Source of the DNA: Haplodiscus bocki
Taxonomy: Eukaryota
Assembly: GCA_965655095.1 (NCBI GenBank)
Contig: OZ296649.1
Location: 93,000,001-93,064,000 of the forward strand
DNA: 64,000 bases
Reading direction: 5' to 3'
Under the pieces are notes generated by a model. It was not told the origin of the DNA and searched no databases. It worked only from the letters and a program-made list of their open reading frames with translations. Shown here piece after piece: positions 42,201-56,220 of this stretch; position 1 is the first letter of the stretch, and the number at the start of each line of letters is the position of its first letter. Both the position numbers and the translations under genes were made by a program.

Positions 42201-44889
42201 GTGAGGACGGCTGTTTTCATGTTACAAGCCTTGTTCAGCTTCTATTCAAGTTACAAACAAAAAAAACTTTCAATCACTCCTGCAGATCAATGTGAACGAT
42301 AACTAAATTCCTACCAAAATTGCGTTGCAAGCGACACTCCAAACTTGTGTTGCCTATATGGCCTTTCTACCTTTTATTATTCATTGGTTAAAAGGGGTGT
42401 GAAAGAGTTGTTTGACAAGCTGAATGACGTTCAGTTCAGGTATCATTTTGTTGATTAATTCTGCAATGTGTTAAACTTCGGTTTCAATGGGAGCGTATGT
42501 GCCAAAAAAGGAACAGTTTTGTATCTCCTGCAGGCAGCTAGTAAATCAACTAACACTTCAAAAGAATTGAACGATTTCCAATTGTTTCTATATGTACCTT
42601 TGACAAAACATTCAAAAACAGAGCTACCGTCGACTTAAAAGTAGACAATACCTGAGAAGGCAACGGCTACAGAGTTGCCACTAAGCAATGCAATCATCAA
42701 TAAAAGAAAGAATCAGACTGATTTTTTACAATCAATTGATAGTCTCTTTTGCGGTTTGGTAACTCTGAAGAAGATTTTGTATCAAAAGCAATCAAAATAG
42801 CCAGTTGGTTACATTTAAAGCTAAATTCCCACAAGTGAGTCCTAACCGTTAATGGATAAGGCTTCTTCTGCTATCCAGTTTTTATTCTTTTTCCCAAAAA
42901 GTCAGTCAACATATGGATGGTTTTCAGTATCAGTCTCTGTCTGTGCCTACTTCCAACAGTTTTTTAAATTGCCTTGGATGCGGCGCAGGCAAAAACTTGC
43001 ATATTATAATACTTCAAAGCACCAAGCAGTACGGAAACAAAAAATTGGTCTGTTCATTTTTGTGGTTCTCCGCATCAATTTTTCTCTTGATTTCCTGCAT
43101 GTATCGGCGGCACTAATTGCGGTTCCAATTAGACCAGACATTAGACACACGATTCCACCATTTAGATCAGAGACAAAAAATCTCCTAAACTAAAGAGATG
43201 GATTTTAGGCCTTCATGTTCTTTGAATTTCAAACCCAAACTCGCATAAAGGAAAATGTTGCACGCCTGCCTGGTCTCACTTTCCATGATTTGGTTAGACA
43301 GCACCACAAGTAGCCTGAAAACATACTTTATATGTCAATTTCTACAGAAATGTAATGGTATCTTACAGTATTGCAGAATGGGTCGTTGAATGTAGTACAC
43401 TGGAAGCAACTTTTTTGGAACATTGGTGAGTCCTCACCGCAAAAATACTGCTGAATTGATACGCTGTAACTCAGAGCCATGCATTCTTGTTGTTTCATCA
43501 GACACAACTAAAAACATTTCCAAAAGTGAATGATCAGACATATTTAAAAGACAATAACTATAAAAATCACTGTGCAAATGTGAAAAAAACTGTGAACTAC
43601 GTGGCATATATGTCAGATTATATAGTTGAAATCTAACATTCATTCAACCAGTTTTGCCTATCGAAGACTTTTTTTGAATTAAAAGACATTTACATTACAT
43701 TTACCATGTGAAGTCTTCGAATGATTCATGCGAAAATAAAGAATAAGAATGATGATACTGTTTATTGGATTATAAGTTAAGACGGCGAAAGTTTCAAATT
43801 TTACTTCATAAAATCCAATTTTCTGCCGAAGTAAACTGTTGCAATACACGAAGTTAGCCATAACACTCCACCTTTATACGTTAATTGAACTAAAAGTCCA
43901 TGCTTTCACTCTGTCGAGCAACCTCGTTTTTCGGAATACTTTTCTGAAGCCTGGATAGAATGGCCAAACCAAAATACAACACCCAAAAACTGATACTTAT
44001 ACTATTCACACATGTATTAAGCTTTGAAGTGAGTATCTGCAGGAAGGCAAGTGATTAACAACTGCTTCTACGTCTAGTTTTTCCTTTTGTGACTATTCTC
44101 TTCTTCTAGGGTCTTTCCTTTTATAGTATATTGTAACATTGACTCTTGCTACACATTTCCGGCATCGTTTCTTTTGCATTACTGCGGTCACGTTGCTACA
44201 ATCTTTAGGTTTCCTTAGATTCTTCTGTTCACTGTTATTGCGCTATTAATCAATAAGATATACACTGTCTTAATACAATCCCAAACTATACCCTATCTGA
44301 TACATTACCAAACTATACCCTCAGTTACAAGAATACAGAAATGCACCCTATCTTAATGCACTACCCCATTATACCGTATCTTAATATATTGCCGAACTAC
44401 ACTATTTGAAACTTAAAAAATTACCGAAGTATCTTTTGACACAGCATCGAGTCACAAGAGTATCCGCAGGGTCAAATTTAGTCCGCACCGTAACAATTAA
44501 ACGCGGTGGCCTCGGGAAGAAAGTTCGAAAATGTTTTCAGGAAAAAATCTCACAGTGCCACAAGGAGTCAGTCAGCCCACTCACTATCTTCTTACCTTGC
44601 AAAAACCCCGTATACGTTGCCGATTATCCTTCTTCACATTAAAAAGGAACCCAAAACGCTCGGTTTTTGTCCAAATCCAAAAAGTTGTCAACAGCCAGTC
44701 ACAAACGTGCACGATAAACCTCAAACTTTCAAACTTTGTCAGTCAACCAGAATCGAGTATTAAGTCACCCAAAATCATCCGAGTGTTCTCGGATAACGTG
44801 GACTACCCTTCTCAGCTCTCGGTTTCTCTGAGCTCCTCATAGTTTATCTTAATACATAGGGTCAAACATTCCCCGTCTGAACAGGTCAC

Positions 44890-47800
44890 ACAAAATCTAC
44901 CCATATTGAATCACTCTCTCTGACACTTTTTTTGGCTCCCTCAAGCATTTTAGTTTTCCTACCTAAAGAACGTTGTAATACAATACAACATGGTCTTGTC
45001 TTTTTGTATTACATTGATGAAATTCCTTCATTTTGTAACCAAAAGCTTCTTGACATACACTACGGGACAAAAAGTTCAGATAGTAATAATTTGATCAAAA
45101 ATTCCAATACTGCACCCTAATACGTTTTTTATCACAACAATTTTCAATTCCTACCTCTAGTATTGGTTGGGTTTTTTTGATTTATTAGCGTATGTTGCGT
45201 TTTGAGTTAATTTCTTTTTCTTGAATTCTTTCAGAAAAAGTTTTATCCTTCCGTCCTCGTTTGTTCTCGGAAAACATCTTGTTTTACAGTATACCTTGGT
45301 AATTTCCTTTAGTTTTGAAGTGATTAAAGTCCCTTAATACCTTCTCTGAGGATACTTTGTAATACAAAAAAATATAGTGAAATGCTTCAAATTTAATTTT
45401 TTCGAAGGCTTTCATTTTTTACCCAGAAACAAATCGCAAGACAAAACTTCAAAATAAACTTTTTCAGTACTGATTCGGTCGAGTACCTTGGTATTGTACC
45501 CAAAAAAAATCATATGACGTTCCCGTGCAGTAATCTCGCTTTGTTTTGTCTTGTTTTGATGCAATACCTATACTTTGTACTCAAAGTCTACTAATCATAC
45601 AATCCCCTATAGATGTTTTAGTGCTGATTTGATCATAACATCTACTGGTGGTCCTTGAGCAACTACGTATCACACTAAACACAATTCATTTTTTTTAATA
45701 AGGCTTGATCAAACTATTTGGTACTGTACCCTAGAAAAAAAGGCAATACAAAAACCTCGTTTTTCTACCTTTTAGTACTGTTTTGATCAAAAACTTTTGT
45801 ACCCTACAAGACCTCGTATTAAATAGCTCTGTTGTACAAGCTTTTAGTGCTGTTTTGACCAAAACCGTGGGTGGTGTACTCTGAGAAAATTGTAGTAAAC
45901 TACACTTTAGTAGTCTCCTTCCTTGTTTCTCTGACCATTTACTTGAAATTTTTATTCTGAAATAAATAGCATTACATTACCCTATTGTGAGAAACTATAT
46001 TGTTCATTTACTCACAGTATCTAATGCCATCCTCCGAAGTACTACGTAGAAAAAAGACTTCAGTGAACTAAAACCCTTTACAAGTGTTCTAATGAAACTT
46101 TTTGCCACCATAACCTGAAACACGTTGGATTACAATACTTTCCAGTAAAATTTTTCAGTTTTGAATTCATCCCATCATTCAGCATTGTACACGAAAACGT
46201 TTGAAACACAAAAGTCTATAAAAAATTTTCTGTAGTTGTTCGGTCAAATACTCAAGTACTGTACCTCTAGAAAATTCATTTCAGATTACCGGTGAAAACT
46301 TTTCCCTATTATACGTCTGGCCCAACCATTTTGTACTGTTCTGCAAAGATTTTCGCGTTGCATAACCCTTTCTGAATTCTCTCTTTTGTTCTTTTTAAAT
46401 CTTTTTGTATTAAAATCCAAGAAACTCTATTGTCTCATACAAAAGGGTGAAGACCTTTAGTTCTAATTCGATCAAATTCTTTTGTTTTGTAAACTAAATC
46501 ATTCGGTAATATACTAGAATAAAGTAAACTCCCTTACAGGTTTGATAAAGTCAGGTTCCATCAAATACTAATGTTTTGTACCCCTAAAAAGTAATATAAA
46601 TTGTCGATTGGATAGAGTACCTAGTGTTGATTTGATAAATTGTTTCTTATTGTGAGCTGTAACATTTTATCTTGTATCACTCCTTCTTAAACACTTTTTC
46701 TCTTCCTCCGATAACTTTAGTATTGCAACCTAGAAAATGTTGTAACACCATACAACATGGAAATTCCTCTTTTTAGTACTGATTTTATCAAATTATTTTG
46801 TTTTGTAACATAAATTTTCTGAAATACACTAAAAGGCAAACAATTCAGCTAGTACCAATTTGATCATAATCTAACAAACTGTACCCTAAAAAACATTGTA
46901 TTAAAACATCCAAAAAAGTTTTCCTTTAGTTTTCATTGATCAATTTAATTAGGTTTTTACCAAGAACTGCAATTTAATTCATTGCTTTGTTTCGAAATTT
47001 TTTTTTAAAAACGATAAGATCAACCCGGTGTGCATTGTACCCTAGAACATCTTGTTTTACAATAAACTATGTTCAAGTCCTTTTTTTGATTTGATCAAAT
47101 CCTTTGTTACTTTGAATATGCACATTTTTAAAACAAGACAAAATTATGGAGCACTATCTGGCCCTCTCTACCGTTCCTTACTCAATGCAAAAAATTGTGT
47201 GAATGAGTTGTTTGATGAGGTGAATGACGCTCAGTTGAAGTGTCAGGTTGTGTAATGTTTCTGCAGAAGTTTCAAGTTGTGCAACGGATTTTGATCGAAT
47301 ACCTGAATTCTGTACTCTAAAATTTTTATCAGACAATACCTTAAGATAGCATGTTTTAGTGTCGGTTTGATCATAACGCCTATTGTTGTATCTTGAAAAT
47401 CTACGTCTCACAGTAACCTTACCTAAGTTTTTTTAAAAATGGCTTGATTAAAATAATAAGTATTGTAACTTAGAATAAAATGCGTTACAATGTCTCATTT
47501 TGATATCCTTTACTACTGGTTTGATGAAATTGTTTTGTACCCTAAAAGGTTTTGTATTACTTTGCCCTGCTGTAATTTTTTTATACTGTTTCAACCAGAG
47601 CCCTGGCTGTTGTACACTGGAAAACTTATAGTACACTAGACTATTGTAAACTCTTTTCTTGTTGCTTTGCTCATATACTTAAAGCTTTTACTCTAAAATA
47701 TAAAGCATTACATTTCCGTATTGTGAGATACTATAGTGTGGACTTGCTCATAGTATCTAAAGTTATCCCCTAAAATATTACATAACGCAATTGACTTTAG

Positions 47801-50800
47801 TGAAAAAAAAACATTTAAAATTGATGCGATGAAACCTTCTGCCATCGTACCTTGAATACTTTGAATTACAATATTTTCTACTAAAGTCTTTCAGTATTGA
47901 TTTAATCCAATCCTCCAGCTTTGTGCCCAAAATTGTTTAATATCCAGAAAATTGTACTTTTTGTTTTGTTTCGATCGAACACACAAGTATTGTACCTTTA
48001 GAAACTTCATTTCGGATTACCGAATAAAAACTTTCTCCAGTATTGATTTGGCAAAGCCGTCTTGTATTGTTATGTAAAATATTTCGTGTTGTTTAACCCT
48101 TTCTGAATTCTCTCTTTTGTCAACTTTTTTTCTATTGAAAGCCAGGAAACTCTGTTGTCCCATACAAAGAGGTGCAAACATCTAGTTCTAATTTGATCGA
48201 AATTTTTTGTTTTGGAACATAAATCCTTTTGTAGTACACTACAATATAGCAAATTCCTTCAGTACAGGTTTGATAAAATAATCATGTACTTTAACCCTAA
48301 AATTTATTTTACATTTTTGATTGGATAGATTACTTGGTTTTGATTTGATCAAACCATTTGATTTTGGGCGCTGCAACAATCTGTCTTGTAGCACTCGTTT
48401 TTATACACTTTTTATGTTTCCTTCAAATACCTCACTATTGCAACCTTGAGAAAGTCGTACTAACATACAACATGGTAAGGTCTTTTTTTATCGATTTCAT
48501 CAAATTCTTTTGTTCTATAACCCACACTTTCTGAAATACAAGACAAATAAATCATCTAGTACTATATTTATCATGACCTCTAAAGTCGACCATTAAAGTA
48601 CATTGCTTCACAATTCCCATAGTATTTTTCCGTTAGTTTTGACTTCGTCAATTTCTTTAGATTTTTCATAAACTGCACATTTTTCCATTACCCTTTTTCG
48701 AAACCGTCTGAAAGCGATTTGATCAACCCATTTCGTTATCTGCCCTGGAACCTCTTGTTTCACATTACACCATAAATTTTTCCTTTAGTTTTGCTTTGAT
48801 CAAATCTTTTATTAATTTATTTTGGTACTTTTTCTAAAACAAGACAAAAAAGTGGATTACTCCAACCTCGGCTTCATCGAAGTTTTTAGCTCTGTGCTCT
48901 CATTAAAACTGAAAAAAAACCTCATAATTTTACAATTACGCTCAGTATTGATTTGATCAAGTCCTTTGGTATTGTACCCCGATATACTTTTCATTGCCTT
49001 ACGCTCAAGTGAATCTGTTTCTTTCTGATCGAAAACCTAAAGTTTGTACAATAAGTTAGTTGATGTTAAAAGACCCTATAGTAAAACCCTTAGGTTATGG
49101 TTTGATCTACTGATTCACTAAAGTACCTTTATAAAGTACGTATCGCAAAACAGCTTAATAAAACAGTTTTGCGTTTGGTTTTTTATCAACATTTACTTTC
49201 GTACCTTGAAAACCGTACTGTTTTGATGAAATCCTCGTATTTTGTTCGTTACAAGACCTTGTATTGCACTCCCTATAGTAAGTTTTTTAGTGCTGATTCG
49301 AACGAAGCCGTGGCTTTTGTACAAATAAAGGTTTACAAAACACTACCTTATAGTATAGTTCATATTTATTGCTCCCGTCTATTAAACAACATTTTACTAT
49401 AGTAATTTTTGCATTGCATCACCCTATACTGAGAAAAGTTCGTGTTGATTTGCTCGGAGCATCCAATGTTATAACCTAAAATACTACGCAGCACAATACA
49501 ATTCAGTGAAACCAGACCTTTTAGAAGTGATCCGATGAATTTTTCTGCCACCGTACCCTGAAACACTTTGAATTACAATACTTTCTATTGAAGAACTCAA
49601 GAATTGGTTTAATCCAATTCTCTAGCATTGCAGCCGAAAACGTTTAGCGTACAAGAGTTTATCGAAAATCTTTCTGCACTGACTTTGTCAAATACTCAGG
49701 TATTGTACCTTTGGCAATTTCAATACATATTACCGTTTAAAGACTTTCCCTAGTATTGATTTGGCCAAATCATTTCGCATTGTGTTCTGCACTTCTTTAT
49801 GTTGTATCACCCTCTTGGAATACTCTCTGTTGTTCCTTTCAAATACTTTGATATTTGAACCTGCAAAATCTCGTATTACCACACAATAAAGAGAAGACGT
49901 TTAGTCCTGATTTGATCTTTTTTTTGCAACCTAAAACATTGTGTACTACACTTTTAATTTGTAAGTGCCTCAGTACTGACTTGGCCAATTCCATTACTAT
50001 TAATCTCTTGCTTCCTGAAATAAAATTTTTAACAATAACCTTGGAAAAATGCCTTTAGTATTCAATTGATCAAAACGAGTATCGTACCCTTAAAAAACTG
50101 TTTTACATTATCGTTCGAAACAGTTGCCTATTATTGATTTGTGCAAACTTTCTGGTGTTTTGCTCTTAAGCACTTTGTATTGTAGCACTCTGTTTTATCT
50201 TCGTTTTTGTTTTTTCAACTCGTTTGTTATTGCAACATAGGAAGATTTTAATAGCACAGCACATGAGAATGTTCCTTAGAGATGATTTGATTAAACTCTT
50301 TTGTTGTAAACCCCGGAGCATTTCCAAGTACACAAAAAATATTTCTAATTGAGAAATTGCAGTTCTAATTGCACTAAAGTGATCATGACCTCTCTTAGTG
50401 TAACTTAAAATACATTTTGTCACGATACTCTTTATTTTGTTCGTTTATTATTGACTTGATCATTTTCTTCGGTTTTTTTACCTTAAATTGCGTTTTAATT
50501 CACTGCCCTAATTCGATTCTTTCAAAAAAGATTTGAATATTTCGTTTTGTTAAGTACCCTCAGAACCCTTTTTTAATTTACTACATGGTCAATTGCTTTG
50601 GTTCTGATTTGGTCACATCCTGAAAAACTGCAAGCCAGATTTTTTTAGGCATTTTCACAAGAACATGCAAGCAAAATCCCCCTATCAACTAGGTTCTTTT
50701 TACCCAATGTTTGGAATTGAGCTCGCGTAACGAGGCAACATCGGCGAAAAATTATTTTATCAATTTGTAGCAGTTTTGCCGCAGAATACGACTGAAATAG

Positions 50801-51775
50801 TAAAAGTTCTCAAAACTTTCAAACTTTTGGCTGTATTTGAAAAAAAAATGGGTTTTTCGAAAAAAAAATGAAGTTTGCAAAAAACGCCGGAGCTAGTAAA
50901 AGCTATTGCTGTTAAAAGGGTCTGAAAAGACTTCAGAATTTTGTGTAGTTCTTTTAAAAAAGATATGAGTTTTTCGAAAAAAGTTTCAAATTGTTTCAAA
51001 ACCGATGAAGGTTTTAATTTTGTTTCTGGAAGTTTATTGAGTGGTGTTATTTAAAAAACCCTTTGCGCCCTAATTATGTATTTTTTCTGACAAAGAACTT
51101 GGAAAAACTTGAAAGTTGGAAAAGTTAGGAAAAATCATGCAGAAAGAGTGTTTTTTCAAGGAAAAACAGTCTCATCTTCTAAAATTGGATCCTTAGAAAA
51201 TTTGGAAGGCGCAAGGCATTTTATGCTGCTGTTAGCTGGCCTTCTTGTTTGTAATACACTACACGAGAGTGACTTCTTTCAAAATGGATTTCATCAAGTT
51301 TTTAGTATGTTACGCAGGAATGTCTGCATTACATTAGCCAGTAGTAAAGTGCTTTAGAAAAAATCTTTTCAAACACTTGTGTTTTGAACTTTCGAACACA
51401 GTCTGTTACATTAGCTCATAATGAATTATGTGGTATTGATTTGACCATGACAGCTAAAGTTGTAAGCTAAGTTACAATACCTTTTTTTAAACTCCAATTT
51501 TAGTCATTTGATGATTCTTTTTGTGTTGTACCCTGAAACATTTTATATTACACTAATATGTAGTCTATTCTTTTAGTACTGATTTGATCAATACCTCTAA
51601 TATTGAATCTTAAAAGACATGGTATCACAATAGCTATTCTTATGCCCCTTATAAATTGATTTTATCCAATCCTTGAGTTTGTTACCATAAAACGTTTTTC
51701 ATTCCGTTACACTATGGTAAAGTCCTTCTGAAAAGCTTTTGATCAATTCGTTTACTTTTGTACCCCTATATACAT
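44890..51775 (+). repeat. Same ~76-bp satellite, ~1.72-kb higher-order repeat, interrupted at 50657-51248
   Basis: HOR marker (GATTACCG...ACTTT) at ~46283, 48013 and 49728; GATTTGATCAAATC at 47088. Confidence 0.85.
50657..51248. mobile_element. Putative short non-autonomous insertion in the satellite
   Basis: Satellite periodicity stops at ~50640 and resumes at ~51250. The insert is bounded by ACAAGAA...TTCTTGT (7-bp inverted termini) and has internal TTTTCGAAAAAA repeats. Confidence 0.5.
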
Positions 51776-52740
51776 CTAATTGGCTGAAGAGCCTTCTTTT
51801 TGACTGACTTTTTGTGCTAGTCGAAGCCATGCATGTTTTAACAAATCAATTGTACTTGAAACAATGAAATCAATGGCGAATCAACAAAGCAACAGAACTT
51901 CAAAAATAGAACAATTGTTGAATAAATTATCGGTTCCGAACAAGGACTGACAACTCAAGATGAAAAGTTTGAAAAAAACTTTGTTTGATTGTTTGAGATT
52001 TCAGTCATACGCAAATGTTTTGTTTGTATATTTTGTACAACCGGATCACAAGAAAAATTTATTTGAGTGAAATTTTATTTAAGTTATGAAAGTTTTTGTT
52101 CAACTGATTTTTGCTTCCGGTCAGGAATGGTCTTTGGTCACTTCTTTTGACTTCGTCTTCGCTGACCAATTGGTTGGGCAAATATCTTGACGTCATAAGT
52201 GTAACTTTAATCGGGTTAGAACATCAAAGGACACTTTCCGTATTGCACATTGCAGCATTATGATATCATTATAAAAACAGCATCATAACGAAACACCAAA
52301 GGGGGCAAATACCGAAAATTAAGAATAGCAAAATACAAATATGGAAATATGAATGAACATTAGAGAATGTTGAAATCATGATTACTTGTGTAACTCATGA
52401 TATAATAGTTCCACGTTAAGGAGTTCAATACTCTCTGTGGGATGTAATTGAAACCTGAGGTGTTCATGGCTATTCATGAAGGGGGATATCCGATTCTATG
52501 ATAGATATCTATGATAGATTTGACACAATTGAAACTCATGTAATTGGTTGGTTTGGATTGAGATTTAATGTTAAAAAAAGTGGTCACTATGCACTATGAC
52601 CGTTTTTTGAAAAAGTACTAATTTCATCAGAAAAACACCAACGTTAGACACTGGATTGCTTAGGGATAGTGTAGTAAAAAGTGGGATAGTGTAGTAATAT
52701 ATATATATATATATAATTGAATATGTGTAAATATGTGTTT

Positions 52741-52940
52741 NNNNNNNNNNNNNNNNNNNNNNNNNNNNNNNNNNNNNNNNNNNNNNNNNNNNNNNNNNNN
52801 NNNNNNNNNNNNNNNNNNNNNNNNNNNNNNNNNNNNNNNNNNNNNNNNNNNNNNNNNNNNNNNNNNNNNNNNNNNNNNNNNNNNNNNNNNNNNNNNNNNN
52901 NNNNNNNNNNNNNNNNNNNNNNNNNNNNNNNNNNNNNNNN
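52741..52940. other. Assembly gap (200 N)
   Basis: Run of N, preceded by an (AT)n microsatellite at ~52697-52715. Confidence 0.99.
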
Positions 52941-55900
52941 GATGTTCAGTTTTCTGTATTGTAAATCGTATACTTTCAAAGGTTTTATAGTCGAGCAGTT
53001 CTGAGTGTGCCCTTTTGTACCTGTCAAATAAATCTTTATCAACAAACCCTTTTGCTGTAGTTTTAATAGTTTTTTCTAGTGAGTACTCTTGTTTTCATTG
53101 TAAGTTGGTCCACCATAAATCAAGTGTTTTTAAAGCAAAGCTGACATTATCGGAATTTACCTCTCGAAAAGGCAATCCTTCAATCTGTTTTCTGATCAAC
53201 TGTATAAATATGTGAATCTATCCTCTTCCAGTGTAATTTTAAATCTTCCACTTTTACGTGACATTTTGTTTTTTTCCGAAGTGTTAGTCTGAAAGTCTTT
53301 TTACATTGACTTTAAGTTCTAAATTGTTTAAACAAATTCCAAGTTTTCCTCAAATACTACATCTTCAATTTCCATTGCAGGCGAGGTTTTTTTCTGTTTT
53401 CTTCTTTTTCATGATCAAACTTTCTGTTTGTGTAAAATAAGGATCTAGTAGTTCTTTGCTTGCAGTTTACCAGCTGTTTCTTCAAAAACGTTTCGAAATT
53501 CAAAACTACAAAAATTATCAACACTCAATGCTGCTGTTTTATGAAAAAGAGTAGATACAACTTTATACAAACATCCAAACACCAACAATGAGATTTTAAT
53601 TAGCAAAATAAACAATGTTTTGGTCATGCCGTGTTTTCTTTTTCAGTTTCAGTAATTAGTTTCAAATGTTGGTTTTATTGATTCATCTGGTATTCTCATT
53701 ACTCATTTTTCTTTGTGATAAACTTTTATATTACAAAGAATTTTAAGTTATCCAATTGTTTTACATAATCAGAATTAACTACAGAGAAAGATTTTGTTGG
53801 TTTAACTTCAACTGTTTTACCCACTTCATCAAAGATTTCTCCCATTTTTTCTAAAACTTCGTTGAGTATTTTGTTTCAGACCTTGCATTTTGTCCTTGTG
53901 ATTGTGTTTTGCATGAATTATTATTTCGTTTATCAACAGTTTTTTATTTCATTTTGATTTAATGGGGGGTTTTTGATGGTAACTATAGATTTCGTTTATT
54001 TTCTGAAAGCAAGCGTTTTCAATTTTTTCTTTTTCCAATACCAATTTAGTTTTTTCAATTTTTCACCAGTTGTGATTGTACAGAAGGTTTATGGAACTTT
54101 TTCTCTGTTGGGGTTTTTACGCAAAGCGCAAAGAATTGATTTTTGGTCCTTCAAAGAGATTTTCAAACCTCAGGTGATTTTCTAAGGGTTTTGTGTGTAA
54201 TGAAAGTTCCCAAGTGTTTTTAGCTTGAAAAAGCATATTTTTGCATGACATTTTCCAACTGTGTCTTTTTTGATGCCGATTACTTTTTCATGAAACAAGA
54301 GACAAGCGTGGCTTTTGAGTTTCAGTAAGTAGTTTGGAAACGGTTTTTGAATGGTTTTTAAACGTTTGGTGATTTTTCTGTGCGGGAGTTTTTGGGCCAA
54401 ACAAAAAAATTGTTAGCATTTCTTACCAATCTAATCCGTTATATAACCTAAACCTACACTGCAAGACTGGTTGTGTCCTTTTCTGCACGCCAAATCAGGT
54501 CACGCAAATGTATATTTTGCCTTCGACCAGTCTTTTGATGTGGGTAACATCACAATAGAGACGTAACCTTTTTTTTCTCATTTTTCTTTAGTTTACGAAG
54601 TTTGAAGGAAAAAAGTTTTTAGATGAAGCATGGGAGCAAATTCATCCTCAGTAAAATTGAGCAAAACCAAAAAAATCACATGGTTCGAAAAGTTTAGGGA
54701 TTTTTCAGCGAAATGATTAGCTGAAACAAAATTTTTTCCACCGGTTTTCACCATTTAAATTTAGTTTTAATTTTTAAATTTGAAATACCGAGAAAATAGC
54801 TCGTTTTATCACTCCGTCATTCTTTCTGGAGGTTTAGGGAAGCATAAACTCTTTTTGAAGATGGCTTATGAGTTAGTGTGGCAAGTTGGTTCTCGGTGTC
54901 ATGAGAAAAAGTACAACAATTTCATTTTTTGAAATCACCACATGTTCATTTCTATGTACCCGTCTAGATCCTGAATGTAACGAACTTTTCCTCTTTTTTC
55001 GAAACAATTTAACAATTTGACCTTGCTGTGTCTTTAAACTCTGGCAGTGCTCAATCGGGAGCTCGGTTAGGGGTATCACAAATACTTGTTTCTCGGATAA
55101 CTTCAGTTGGCCTTGGCATTTTCATCACGTAACGTGATTAACAACCACTTGTCATCTCCTGCACTTTTTTATAAGGTGAATTAGCCGTGGAAAACTTGAT
55201 GAAACTTTTCAAAATGACAAAAAGTTAAATTTTGTATGTTTTTTTCTACACTGGAGGCAAGTGCCAAAACAAAAGTTTCCGCAGTTACAGTTAAAGAGGC
55301 TATCTTTAAATTATGTAATTTTGTCAAACGTGGCGTCTAGGTCTAATCATTGCATGAAAATGAAGTGACCCGAGCCTGACAGTAATTTCTGGGCGCAGAT
55401 GCTGTAAACAATTAAACTAAATTCCTCAACGTCTATTTTTTGATTTCTTCCTGTCCTTGATTTGTGACAGCCCTCAGCTCTTCTTAACTTTGAAACGTCA
55501 CATCTCCCTGAGCATCGGTTGGAAACGAACTAGTTTAATAAAGCTTTGTACGGCAAGGTAGCTTTTGACCTGGTCCAAAAAGTCGGCATCAAAAAGTTTT
55601 TCACCCCGAAACTACTACCAAAAGGAATTTGAAAAAGCCATCAATTTTACAGGCAAACTCTCAATTTTTTTAGAAGGAGAATCAAATGCTCAATATGGGT
55701 AACTCTTTATTTATGGGGTTGGTTCAGAAACGTTTTTGTTCTCATTGTCTACTACTTGGAAAGCCTCTTCGATTTTTTTTCGGCGGAGTTAAGGCAAAAA
55801 AGTTAGCAAAAACAACGAAAAAGGAATCTCTTCGTCTCATTTTCTGACTTCGGTTAACACTTTTCGTGGCCTATTACTTTCTACCCGTAGTTCAATTGGA

Positions 55901-56220
55901 GCTGTTCTTCGTTAGCGCTGGCTGAAAAAAGTATTGATGATGACGGTTATAATTTTTGGCTGTAGAATGTTTTTGCCGCCAAAAAACAGCGGGAACGGAA
56001 TGAAAATCGCCGAATTTGCAGAAGGCAATTTTTATTTTATAGCAATTTTCGGGGATCGTTCGTCTGGTATTGTGTTCCTATATTATCTGATCACCGAACC
56101 AACAACAATCAAATTTTATGATACTTTTACGAAAAAAACTCAACTCTTTTGGTGAAGTTTGGCGGAGACTTTCGAGAGAAAAATTGAGAGAAGAAACTTC
56201 ACTGGCAATTTCATCAACGT

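Larger units (their letters stand above)
27900..46900. repeat. Giant imperfect inverted duplication (palindrome), centre ~36680-36830
   Basis: Mirror pairs: 36061~37298, 35350~38022, 34420-34602=38978-38796 (identical 60-aa spurious ORFs), 33074-33298~41395-41620, 32041~42631, 29880-30100~44650-44880, 29670~45080, 28885~45862. Outer limits are blurred by satellite. Confidence 0.92.

Noticed and set aside
52950-55700. Decayed minus-strand coding-like patches
   Set aside because: Many stops/frameshifts and no identifiable family without a homology search.
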